Positions 54,162-63,700 of a stretch of DNA of 64,000 nucleotides are shown piece after piece. The translations under genes were made by a program, and so were the position numbers. The stretch's first letter is position 1. Each line of letters begins with the position of its first letter. This DNA comes from Bacteroidota bacterium (GTDB taxonomy: Bacteria > Bacteroidota > Bacteroidia > Flavobacteriales_D > Sanyastnellaceae). The notes beneath the pieces were generated by a model that was given only the letters and a program-made list of their open reading frames with translations, had not been told where the DNA came from and did no database searches. The stretch lies in the NCBI GenBank assembly GCA_036152255.1, contig JAYZNI010000001.1, forward strand, positions 802 to 64,801, in the 5' to 3' direction.

Positions 54162-55151
54162 ATGGAATCCCAAGCAGAAAATTTAAAATCGCGCATATTG
54201 CTTTGCGAGGATTTTGATTCTCTAGCTCTTGAGGTTTTTAGATTTCAAGCTGTATACAACGAGGTTTATGCTAGGTATTTAGACCTTCTAAAGGTCGACC
54301 CTTTGGCGATTCAAGATGTATCCCAAGTCCCTTTTTTGCCAGTTGAGGCCTTCAAAAGCAATGAGGTGAAAACTGGGAAGTTTGACCCAGAAGTGATTTT
54401 TAAAAGCTCAGGCACATCAGGAACATCAAACAGGTCGCAACACTTTGTGGAGTCTTTACAATGGTATCACCAAGTGTCAGAAAAGATTTACTGTGATTTG
54501 GTAGGGGAGGTGAATAGCTGTGATTGGGTTGGACTTTTACCAGGATATTTGGAAAGGGGTGATTCGTCCTTAGTAGAAATGGTAAGAAATTTTATGAAGG
54601 TGAGCGATTCAAATGAGAGCTTTTTCCTGCATGATTTTTCTATGCTTAACGAAAGGATAAAGAACGGAGAAACTGTTGTTGTAGGAGTCACTCATGCGAT
54701 TTTGTCTTGGCTTGAGAGTGATTGTGCACCAAATACGCAAACAGAAATCACTATAATAGAAACTGGCGGAATGAAGGGACATGGAAGAGAGCCAGTGAGA
54801 AGAGAAGTACATCAAAGAATTTCTAACGCTTTACCCAAGGCCAAAATCATCAGCGAGTATGGCATGACAGAACTCCTTTCACAAGCATATGCTTTGGATG
54901 GTAATTACTTTGAATCTCCAAGGTGGATGAAGGTTCTGATTAAAGACACAGCAGACCCTATGAATGAAGTTGAAAGAGGCAGAACGGGACGAGTCCAAAT
55001 AATAGACTTGGCTAACATTGATAGCTGTAGCTTTATTTCTACTTCCGATCTAGGTAGGCTTGAACCAGTACAAGGATCAACTAGATTCGAAATACTTGGA
55101 AGGTTTGATCACAGCGAAGTGAGGGGCTGCAATCTACTTAGCGTTAACTAG
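54162..55151 (+). CDS. LuxE/PaaK-like acyl-protein synthetase (adenylate-forming) family protein
   Basis: The N-terminus (FRFQAVYNEVYARYLDLLKV...VPFLPVEAFKS) and FKSSGTSGTS match the LuxE-type acyl-protein synthetase pattern. ETGGMKG near the C-terminal third. Confidence 0.6.
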   Translation: MESQAENLKSRILLCEDFDSLALEVFRFQAVYNEVYARYLDLLKVDPLAIQDVSQVPFLPVEAFKSNEVKTGKFDPEVIFKSSGTSGTSNRSQHFVESLQWYHQVSEKIYCDLVGEVNSCDWVGLLPGYLERGDSSLVEMVRNFMKVSDSNESFFLHDFSMLNERIKNGETVVVGVTHAILSWLESDCAPNTQTEITIIETGGMKGHGREPVRREVHQRISNALPKAKIISEYGMTELLSQAYALDGNYFESPRWMKVLIKDTADPMNEVERGRTGRVQIIDLANIDSCSFISTSDLGRLEPVQGSTRFEILGRFDHSEVRGCNLLSVN

Positions 55152-56405
55152 GAAGTAGTTCTTCTTTCCTCTTTGTAGAAGGATTTGGCGACCATTTAAC
55201 AGGTCTGATTTTCCAACTGTTGATTCAAAACTTGCGATTTCCTTGTTAACTCTGATAGAGTTTTCCTTAAGAGCTCGTTTGGCCTCGCCCTTTGAAGGTA
55301 AAAATCCGCTAACGTCGCTTAAGAAGTCAATGATATTTACACCATCGTCTAATTGTGATGCACCGATTTCACATTGAGGAACTCCTTCGAATACAGAAAG
55401 AAGTTCAGATTCTGGAAGAGATGCTAAATCCTCTTTTGCACTCTTGCCAAACAAAATCTTAGACGCTGCAATTGCAGTAGCTAGATCCTCTTCTGAGTGA
55501 ACCCTCACAGTTATGTCTTCAGCCAATGCCTTTTGCAAAATTCTAGCTGCAGGATTTTCAGCGTGTTTTGCTTCAAGCTCTTCGATTTCTTCGCGAGACT
55601 TGAGTGTAAAAATTCTAATAAATTTTCCTGCGTCCTCATCAGCAGTATTTATCCAGTATTGGTAGAATTTGTAAGCAGAGGTTTTGTTTTTATCAATCCA
55701 AACATTTCCACCTTCACTCTTTCCAAACTTGCTTCCGTCTGCTTTAGTAATTAATGGTGTAGTTAGTGCAAATGCCTTACCTCCGTCTTTTTTGCGAATT
55801 AGCTCTGTACCTGTAACGATGTTGCCCCATTGATCGCTTCCTCCCATTTGGACTAGGCAATTCTCCTCCTTCCATAGGTGGTAGAAATCGTATCCTTGAA
55901 CTAATTGATAACTGAATTCAGTAAAGCTCATCCCACCTTCAAGCCTATTCTTTACGCTATCCTTACTCATCATGTAGTTCACAGTAATGTGCTTGCCAAC
56001 GTCACGAATGAATTGAAGGAAAGTCATGTCCTTAAACCAATCAATATTATTGACCACTTTAGCTGCATTGTATCCAGAGAAGTCGAGAAACTTTTCTAGT
56101 TGTTTCTTTTGGCATTCTAAATTGTGATTAATCACTTCGACATCTAGAAATTGTCTCTCAGCAGATTTCCCGCTTGGATCGCCAACCATTCCTGTTGCTC
56201 CGCCCACTAAAGCCAAAGGGCGATGCCCCGCTCTTTGCCAATGCACTAAAAGCATTACAGGTACAAGGTTCCCTATGTGTAATGAGTCTGCAGTTGGATC
56301 AAAGCCCACATAAGCTGAAGTCATCTCCTTCTCCATCTGCTCTTCCATGCCTGGCATGATGTCGTGCAACATGCCTCTCCACTTCAGTTCTTCGATCAAT
56401 TTCAT
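55134..56405 (-). CDS. tyrS: Tyrosine--tRNA ligase
   Basis: HIGN (HIGH) motif in YVGFDPTADSLHIGNLV; KFGKS (KMSKS); C-terminal S4-like domain. Confidence 0.95.
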   Translation of the reverse strand: MKLIEELKWRGMLHDIMPGMEEQMEKEMTSAYVGFDPTADSLHIGNLVPVMLLVHWQRAGHRPLALVGGATGMVGDPSGKSAERQFLDVEVINHNLECQKKQLEKFLDFSGYNAAKVVNNIDWFKDMTFLQFIRDVGKHITVNYMMSKDSVKNRLEGGMSFTEFSYQLVQGYDFYHLWKEENCLVQMGGSDQWGNIVTGTELIRKKDGGKAFALTTPLITKADGSKFGKSEGGNVWIDKNKTSAYKFYQYWINTADEDAGKFIRIFTLKSREEIEELEAKHAENPAARILQKALAEDITVRVHSEEDLATAIAASKILFGKSAKEDLASLPESELLSVFEGVPQCEIGASQLDDGVNIIDFLSDVSGFLPSKGEAKRALKENSIRVNKEIASFESTVGKSDLLNGRQILLQRGKKNYFLVNAK

Positions 56406-56418
56406 GGTGTAAAGATAA

Positions 56419-57705
56419 TCAGAGTAGGGGTAGTAGTTGCTCCATTCTCATTCCCCTGCTACCTTTTAATAAGACCGTTTTTCCTTTAAACGATTCAGAC
56501 TCCCAATCTTGAATTAAATCCTTTGTAGATTGGTAAAACCTTGAATCTCTTTCTGCAGCAGCGTAGAATTCTTCTCCTACGAAGATTCCTTCAAGTCCTA
56601 ATCTTTCGCAAAGACCTACAATCTCTTTGTGAGCTTCGTGAGAATACATGCCCAATTCTCTCATGTCGCCGAGTACAACTAGTTTGGGCCCTTCAATATT
56701 TTTTGCAAAGGATTCAAGAGCGCCAGTCATGCTCGATGGATTGGCATTATATGCGTCGAGCAAAATAGTATTTCGCTCAGTTTTTATAGTCTGAGATCTG
56801 TTATTTGTTGGAGCGTAATCCGAAATTGCTGAACCTATTGCATCGCGATCAACTCCAAAGTGCAAGCCCAAAGCAATTGCAGTTGTAATATTATCCAAAT
56901 TGTAATCTCCCTCGAGTTGAACGGGTAGGGGGTCGCTTGAATCACCTCCTTCAGCCCAAACAAACTTTCTCTCATCTCCCTCTACGAATTTTGCCCATGG
57001 CTCGTGTTCAGTATTTCCGTAAAGCTTAGTTTCCAAACCTTTCGAAATTTCAATTAGTACTTCGTGATTCGCATTTACAAACGCTAGAGAGCCATCGCTA
57101 GTCCTTAAAAAATCAAATAACTCACCCTTTCCTTTTTTTACACCTTCAATTCCTCCAAAACCCTCTAAGTGAGCTCGGCCTATGTTGGTAATCAAACCGC
57201 AAGTCGGCTCAGCTATTGAGCAAAGTGTAGCTATTTCTCCGCAGTGGTTAGCTCCCATCTCTACAACTAATATCTCAGTATTTGAAGGAGCAGATAGAAT
57301 GGTTAGCGGAACCCCAATGTGATTGTTTAGGTTTCCCTTTGTTGCGTGGACCATGTACTTACGACTCAGCACAGCTGTAATTAATTCCTTTGTAGTCGTC
57401 TTTCCATTAGATCCGGTTAAACCAACAACTGGAATATCTAAAGTCCCTCTGTATTCTCTTGCTAAAGATTGAAGCGATGATAAGACATCCTCCACTACAA
57501 TCATTCCTTCAATGCCTTTTAGGTTTGGCTCGTCAACTATTGCTGCAATGCACCCAGATGTTAATGCTTCTGCTGCATATTTGTTACCGTCAAAGTTTTC
57601 TCCCTTAAGGCCAAAAAACATCATCCCCTCCTTACAAAGACGTGTGTCTGTAGTAACTCCAGCTGGAGCGCTTAGGAATATTTTAAGTAATTCTTGAGAA
57701 GACAT
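56419..57705 (-). CDS. murF: UDP-N-acetylmuramoyl-tripeptide--D-alanyl-D-alanine ligase
   Basis: GLTGSNGKTTTKE P-loop; Mur ligase middle and C-terminal motifs (EMGANHCGEI, DAYNANPSS). Confidence 0.93.
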   Translation of the reverse strand: MSSQELLKIFLSAPAGVTTDTRLCKEGMMFFGLKGENFDGNKYAAEALTSGCIAAIVDEPNLKGIEGMIVVEDVLSSLQSLAREYRGTLDIPVVGLTGSNGKTTTKELITAVLSRKYMVHATKGNLNNHIGVPLTILSAPSNTEILVVEMGANHCGEIATLCSIAEPTCGLITNIGRAHLEGFGGIEGVKKGKGELFDFLRTSDGSLAFVNANHEVLIEISKGLETKLYGNTEHEPWAKFVEGDERKFVWAEGGDSSDPLPVQLEGDYNLDNITTAIALGLHFGVDRDAIGSAISDYAPTNNRSQTIKTERNTILLDAYNANPSSMTGALESFAKNIEGPKLVVLGDMRELGMYSHEAHKEIVGLCERLGLEGIFVGEEFYAAAERDSRFYQSTKDLIQDWESESFKGKTVLLKGSRGMRMEQLLPLL

Positions 57706-57718
57706 TTTATTACAATGG

Positions 57719-57751
57719 AAAGCCTCGATGTAGATTTTACATCGAGGCTTT
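57719..57751 (-). terminator. Strong 14-bp hairpin between gldJ and murF (terminator or attenuator)
   Basis: AAAGCCTCGATGTA-GATTT-TACATCGAGGCTTT, a perfect stem. The flanking T run is short (3-4 nt) on either strand. Confidence 0.5.
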
Positions 57752-57769
57752 TAAAAAGTTATTAATCGA

Positions 57770-59518
57770 TTAGTGTCCAGAGTATGGAACAGGAGTTCCA
57801 ACTCTTGTCATAGCACATCTAAAGCCGATATCAGCTGAAGATTGACGTTCATCCATGAATCGACGAGTTCCAGGTACTAACCAGTAAGCTCTATCGTTCC
57901 ATCCACCACCTTTGTAAACGCGAGATTCATTGTTTACTAGAGAAGAAGAACCGTAGTCGTACATTCTGTTAACGTCTTGGCGACCTTCATCACCTTGACC
58001 AAATGCAATAGAACTATTAAAGTCTCCATCTAAGTAATCGATGTTGTTTGCTTCACGGTAGTTTGTTCTTCCGATATTTTCTTCAACTGTAACGTCTCTG
58101 AATTTCATATCTCCAGGAACGGCGATAATGTTGTCGCTCATGCCTTTTCTAAGATCAGCAGCTACTAGAGCTTCACTATCTACGATTAGCTCCAAAGCTT
58201 CTGCCATAAGAGTTTGGGCTTCTTCCTCTTGCTTCTTATTAGAAGTTTCTTGTGCTTCTTCAAACTTTAGCTCAAGGCTATTCAATAGCTCATCATCTTC
58301 TGGAGTAACAGCAGAAGAACCAAGCTTTGCTCTGTACTCAGATAAGAACTTAGAAGTCTTAGGAATGTCGTATACAACGTAATCGTACTTATCAGCTGGG
58401 TTGCCCTCAGGGTTCTGTACCATAGTTTGGTAGTTGTTACCACGGAATGGACGGAATTCCTCAGAGTCAAGAGTTGATAGAGGACGGTATACGTCCATAA
58501 CCCACTCATTTACGTTACCAGCCATATTGAATAAGCCGTAGTCGTTTGGTGCGTATGCACGAACTTGAACAGTAATATCACCGAAATCATCCAGAGCACC
58601 AGCAACACCCATGTAGTCACCTCGTCCTCTCACAAAGTTTGCATTGATTTCTCCGTAACCTTTATCACGAGTCTCGTCGTTACGAATGTAGTGACCATCC
58701 CAAGGGTAAGTTCTACGCTCTTCAACAAGTTCTCCGTAGCTATTTCCAATTAGACCTAAAGCAGCGTATTCCCACTCAGCCTCTGTTGGCAGCCTGTAAT
58801 CGGGTAAAAGAAGACCGTCCTCCATGCGAATGTCTCTGTATCCACTAGAGTTTGGGCTAAAATCAGTTACACCTTCTGCATCTCTTTCACCAACGTATTG
58901 ACGATTGAAGTAAGTTTCAGTAGTAAAGTGCACTTCGTCCATTTGAGATTCTGGGTTGTGAACAAACAGGCCCTCCTGTACCAGGATGTTTTCGTTCACA
59001 CGGTCAGTTCTCCACTTACAGAAATCGGTAGCTTGTCTCCAGCTAACTCCAACTACTGGGTAGTCTCTATATGCAGGATGACGTAGGTAGTAATTTACCA
59101 TAGGTTCGTTGTAAGCTAGCTTTTCTCTCCATGCTAATGTGTCTGGAAGAGCGCGCTCAACAATTTCTGGAAAGCTGTTTCCGTATATCCTATCTAACCA
59201 CTCTAAGTATTCAAGCCAAAACATATTTGTAACCTCCGTTTCATCCATGTAGAATGAACTTACAGTTACACGTCTTGGTGAGTTATCCCAATTATTAGTT
59301 AGGTCGTCTTCAACTTGACCCATTGTAAATGTACCACCTTCAATGAAGATGAGGCCTGGGCCGGTTTGTTGTTCATAGAAGTTAGCCTTCTCGAATCCAC
59401 CGTTTTCAGTTTGGTTATACTTCCATCCTGTAGCACCCGATCTCTCGCGGTAACAACCAGAAAGGGCTATCATGAACCCTAGGGAAGCAATTAGTGTGGT
59501 ATGTAGTTTCAATTTCAT
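57770..59518 (-). CDS. gldJ: Gliding motility lipoprotein GldJ (FGE-sulfatase/SUMF1 fold)
   Basis: Lipobox IALSGC. FGE-type motifs GGTFTMG, RRVTVSSFYMDETEVTN, YRLPTEAEWEYAA, NMAGNVNEW, YKGGGW, GFRCAM. The gldJ-murF adjacency is typical of Flavobacteriia. Confidence 0.88.
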   Translation of the reverse strand: MKLKLHTTLIASLGFMIALSGCYRERSGATGWKYNQTENGGFEKANFYEQQTGPGLIFIEGGTFTMGQVEDDLTNNWDNSPRRVTVSSFYMDETEVTNMFWLEYLEWLDRIYGNSFPEIVERALPDTLAWREKLAYNEPMVNYYLRHPAYRDYPVVGVSWRQATDFCKWRTDRVNENILVQEGLFVHNPESQMDEVHFTTETYFNRQYVGERDAEGVTDFSPNSSGYRDIRMEDGLLLPDYRLPTEAEWEYAALGLIGNSYGELVEERRTYPWDGHYIRNDETRDKGYGEINANFVRGRGDYMGVAGALDDFGDITVQVRAYAPNDYGLFNMAGNVNEWVMDVYRPLSTLDSEEFRPFRGNNYQTMVQNPEGNPADKYDYVVYDIPKTSKFLSEYRAKLGSSAVTPEDDELLNSLELKFEEAQETSNKKQEEEAQTLMAEALELIVDSEALVAADLRKGMSDNIIAVPGDMKFRDVTVEENIGRTNYREANNIDYLDGDFNSSIAFGQGDEGRQDVNRMYDYGSSSLVNNESRVYKGGGWNDRAYWLVPGTRRFMDERQSSADIGFRCAMTRVGTPVPYSGH

Positions 59519-59557
59519 CGTAATAGGTTTGATGATCTAGTTCTTGCAGTTATATAA

Positions 59558-60568
59558 CTAGAAAGTAGGGCAAGGTATTTTGCGGAATTTTCCTTTTTTC
59601 GATTTACAGTCAAACTTCAAAGTCATACTCAACTCGTGAGCACCACCTGTTGCAGGTGTTAAATCAGATATAGTGATGTCAAAGCTGTATCCAAATCTTA
59701 TGATGTCAGTTTCAATACCAACAACAGCAATTAGGGCATCTTTGTCAATGTTTTGGTCATCCTGCTTGGTGAATTTACCTCTGTACCAAACACCCCCAAA
59801 TAATGGACCTTTGTTAACGAAAAGACCGGTGTTTATCTGAGTGAATTCTGCTTGCTTACGGAAAAGAAAATTTGGTGAGATAGATGCAAGTACCTCGTTT
59901 TTGATGTTTTTCTTAATTGGGAACTTTCCGCCACCGTGAACTGTAAGTTTCATAGGAAGACGGCTAAGACCAACAACAAGACTCTCGTTTGGCTCATTTA
60001 AATGATGAGCAGCTAAACCAAGGTGAAGCTTAGGAGTGAATAATAGTAATCCAGCTCCAAAATCAACTCCCTGAACTTTTCCACCTCTAGGTGTATCCTG
60101 AGTTTCGTAGATGAACCCACGACGAGGGTCAATCATATCGCCAAAAGTCAAATTACTCCAATCAAGTGCCTTTTGAAAGTAGCTTGCCTCGAGAGCAGCA
60201 CGAATACTAAGCTTTCTGGTTAAGCTTTGCTGATATGCATACATACCAGTGATACGAGTAGTTTGAAGTGTGTTTTGGCCTGCCTGATCATGCATAACAG
60301 TTAATCCTAGACCACCCTGGATAGAGTTTACGTGTTGATCGTATGCTACGGCTTGAGTAACGTAGTTACCACTCATAGCTGGCCATTGATTTCGGTATGA
60401 CATAACCATACGAGGGCAACGGTCAGAGCCCGCAAAAGCAGGGTTTAGGAATAGTGGATTCGCGTAATACTGCGTAAACTCAGGGTCCTGAGCCTGTGCT
60501 TCGTTAGCTGCACCAGCTACGAGAACAAACGCAAAAATAGTGTAGCGAATTAGGTATTTCAGATTCAT
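59558..60568 (-). CDS. PorP/SprF-family type IX secretion outer-membrane protein
   Basis: Signal ...AGAANEAQA|QDPEFTQYYANPLFLNPAFAG is the hallmark PorP/SprF N-terminal motif. Beta-barrel-like remainder. Start at MNLKYL (60568) or MLKMNLKYL (60577); the ORF-track start 60649 looks too long. Confidence 0.82.
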   Translation of the reverse strand: MNLKYLIRYTIFAFVLVAGAANEAQAQDPEFTQYYANPLFLNPAFAGSDRCPRMVMSYRNQWPAMSGNYVTQAVAYDQHVNSIQGGLGLTVMHDQAGQNTLQTTRITGMYAYQQSLTRKLSIRAALEASYFQKALDWSNLTFGDMIDPRRGFIYETQDTPRGGKVQGVDFGAGLLLFTPKLHLGLAAHHLNEPNESLVVGLSRLPMKLTVHGGGKFPIKKNIKNEVLASISPNFLFRKQAEFTQINTGLFVNKGPLFGGVWYRGKFTKQDDQNIDKDALIAVVGIETDIIRFGYSFDITISDLTPATGGAHELSMTLKFDCKSKKGKFRKIPCPTF

Positions 60569-60715
60569 TTTCAACATAGAGGTTCCCATTGAACCTACAA
60601 GTATACAAAAATTACAGCACATATTGGGGAATATTCTCAAAGCCGGCACTTTAACAATAACCTCTAATAAATGACGTTAATTACGTGATTCGTACCGAAA
60701 TTTGGCGAATTACAA

Positions 60716-63700
60716 ATGAGTGCCGACATAAAAAATAAAAGGATATACACACTTAATCGTGTGTTTATGAATTTTGTCATTGTTTTTTGCGCCTTGTACT
60801 TGGTTGAAAATCATCTATTTGCTCAACAGGGCTCAGAAGTGGTCGAAGCGTCTTGGATTCTCGAACAAACAAACGAGATCTCAGACCAAATCTCTCCAAC
60901 AGTGATTGCTGAATTTCCTATTGAAAGACATTGGTCTGGGGTTGAAATTTTAGACCAAAATTTTAATTGGACGACTTTCAATCCTGCCCTTTCAGATTAT
61001 ATCAGCGAAGATTTCCAAATTCAACGTCCTGAGTGGAGGGTCGTAAGAAGTTCAAACACAGGTGAATACTACGCTCAAGCCAAATTTCCAGCATTTAGAA
61101 TTAACGGGTCTGAGATGCAAAGACTAGCATCTTGGTCGGGAGTAATTGCTGAATCTCCATCAGCTCACCAAAGGATTGAAAGGGACTGGCCAGAACACTC
61201 AGCTTTGTCAGAAGGGGTTTGGGTCAAATTCAGAACGTCAAAAGAGGGTATACATAGGATTGAATATTCAGATCTAACAGAATCTGGAATTTCACCTGAA
61301 GACTATAATTTTAGTGGGATTCATGTCTATGGAGGAGGGGGGCAACAACTGCCTTTTTTAAACGATGTTGAACGACCTTTAGATCTTCCGCTTTTGCCGG
61401 TTAAAACTTCAGGTGAATTAGATGGAGTATTCAATCAAGGAGATGTGATTTATTTCCACGCATCAGGTGTGAATTCATGGACTTTAAATGAAAGTAATGG
61501 GTGGTGGAATCACAGTCTTAACCCTTGGTCTGATTACGCATACTACTTTGTGCGCCTGGATGGAGAGCCAAACCTTGAAGGTAGCAGGATAGTTGATGCC
61601 GTTCCTATACAAGATCCAGTTGATGAAACTTTTGACAAACATTTGGCTCGTAGGTTTCACGAAATAGAAACGACAAACCTGGCAAAGTCGGGAAGGGAAT
61701 TTTATAATGAGCACTTTACTTATCTAGGTTCTCAGATTTTCAATATGTACTTCAATATCCCAAATTTAGTTGGAGATACTGGGTATGTCGAGTCTAGAAT
61801 TGCAGGTAGAACTATTGGAGCTACTAGTGATTACACTATGACATGTGGTGGTGAGAGCTATACGACTTCCGATTTAGCACTTACTGAAAACAGCCTTCTT
61901 TTGGCCCAAAAACGTACACTACCGCTCACCCTACCATTAGATGGAGATGGTATAGGTGTAGAGCTTTCGTACATACCTGGAAATGAAGAAGCAGAAGGGT
62001 GGGTTGATTACGTTAGGGTCCAGGCCTATCAAGAATTAAAATTTAATGGAAGCCAATTCCACATAAACGGAACTCATGATTTGGACGAAATTGACGTTGT
62101 TGCTTACAATCTTGAAGATGCCGAATCTGTTGATGCGGTTTGGGATGTGACAGAACATCTTAATCCTAGAATTTGTGATATTGAATATCAAAGCGGAGAT
62201 ATAAGTTGGGATGCTCTTGCAGATACAACTAGAAGGTTTGTCGCCTTCAAATATTCTTCAGCATTTGAAGTTGAGTCCATGGGTAATGTAAATAATTCTG
62301 ACATCCATTCATTAAAGGATATAGACTTGGTTATTCTGACTTCTTTGGCTTTAGATTCTGCTGCAAATAGACTGGCAACTCTTCACGCAAATGAGGGAAT
62401 GACTGTTGCTATTGTTAATCAGCGTGAGGTTTGGAATAGTTTTTCTTCTGGATCACCAGACCCTACGGCATTGAAAATGCTGATGTTGATGTTAATGGAT
62501 AAGGCAGAGAGTCCTGACGAAGAGCCACAACATCTACTTCTTTTGGGCGATGGATCTTATTTTAATAGGAATCTCGATCCAGATGGGATTAACCTACTGA
62601 CATTCCAAAGCTCTAATTCAGAAAGTACTGTAAGCAGTTATGTGACGGATGATTATTTTGGTCTATTGGACGATGGAGATGGAGAAGCTCCAGGAGATAA
62701 ATTGGCGATTGGAGTCGGTAGAATTCCGGCGCCGAATTTGGAAGACGCTCTTGCTATGGTCTCTAAGATTGAGACCTACTTAGGTGCTCCTGTTGATAGT
62801 TCAGATGTGAGCAATTGTTTAGGGGAGGAGGCGTCATCGACGTTTGGAGCGTGGCGTAATAAGATTCTGTTCGTGACAGATGACCAAGATGGTAACAATA
62901 GCGACGGTTGGCGACATATGTCAGATAGCGAGGTGCATTCAAACCACGTTAGCCAAGAGCACAATGAATACGATGTGATTAAGATCTATCCTGATGCATA
63001 TGTTCAAGAATCGACTCCAGGTGGTGAGAGATACGATGAGGCAGAGGCAGAAATCCAAAGAAAAATAGAAGAGGGAGTTTTAATCGTCGATTATATAGGT
63101 CACGGTGGAGCTAGGGGTTGGGCTCATGAGAGAATTTTGAATACGACAACCATCAGGGAATGGACTAACAAAAACAGACTTCCTGTGTTTATGACTGCAA
63201 CATGTGAACTCTCGAGGTACGACGACCCAGAAGAAGAGAGTGCGGGTGAGATGTTAATCTTCAATCCCGACGGTGGCGCTGTAGGAATGCTCACAACTAC
63301 CCGAACAGTATTTAGCGGAGGAAATCAAGAACTCAATACAGCCTTTTTCCAAACTGTATTAGATGAGGATGCTGGGACAGGCCAAATGCGTTGTCTAGGT
63401 GATATATGCAAGGACACTAAGAATAGCGATGAGGTGACAAGCACAGTGAACATGAGGAACTTTTCACTACTGGGAGACCCAGCTATGGTGTTGGCTTACC
63501 CTTCTGAAAAGATCTTCATCACTGAAATTCCCGATACTATAAAGAGTTTAGATCTAGTGACTATTAGCGGATATATTGGAAACTCTGAAGGGGATACACT
63601 GAGTGATTTCAACGGACTCATATATCCCAAAGTTTTCGACAAGCGCTCTCAGTTAAGCACATTAGATAACGATGAGATTGCTGGAGCTTTTTCTTACAGT

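Noticed and set aside
54162-55151. LuxE-like gene as evidence of a lux (bioluminescence) operon
   Set aside because: No luxA/B/C/D/G homologs are adjacent. LuxE/PaaK-like adenylating enzymes occur widely outside lux operons.
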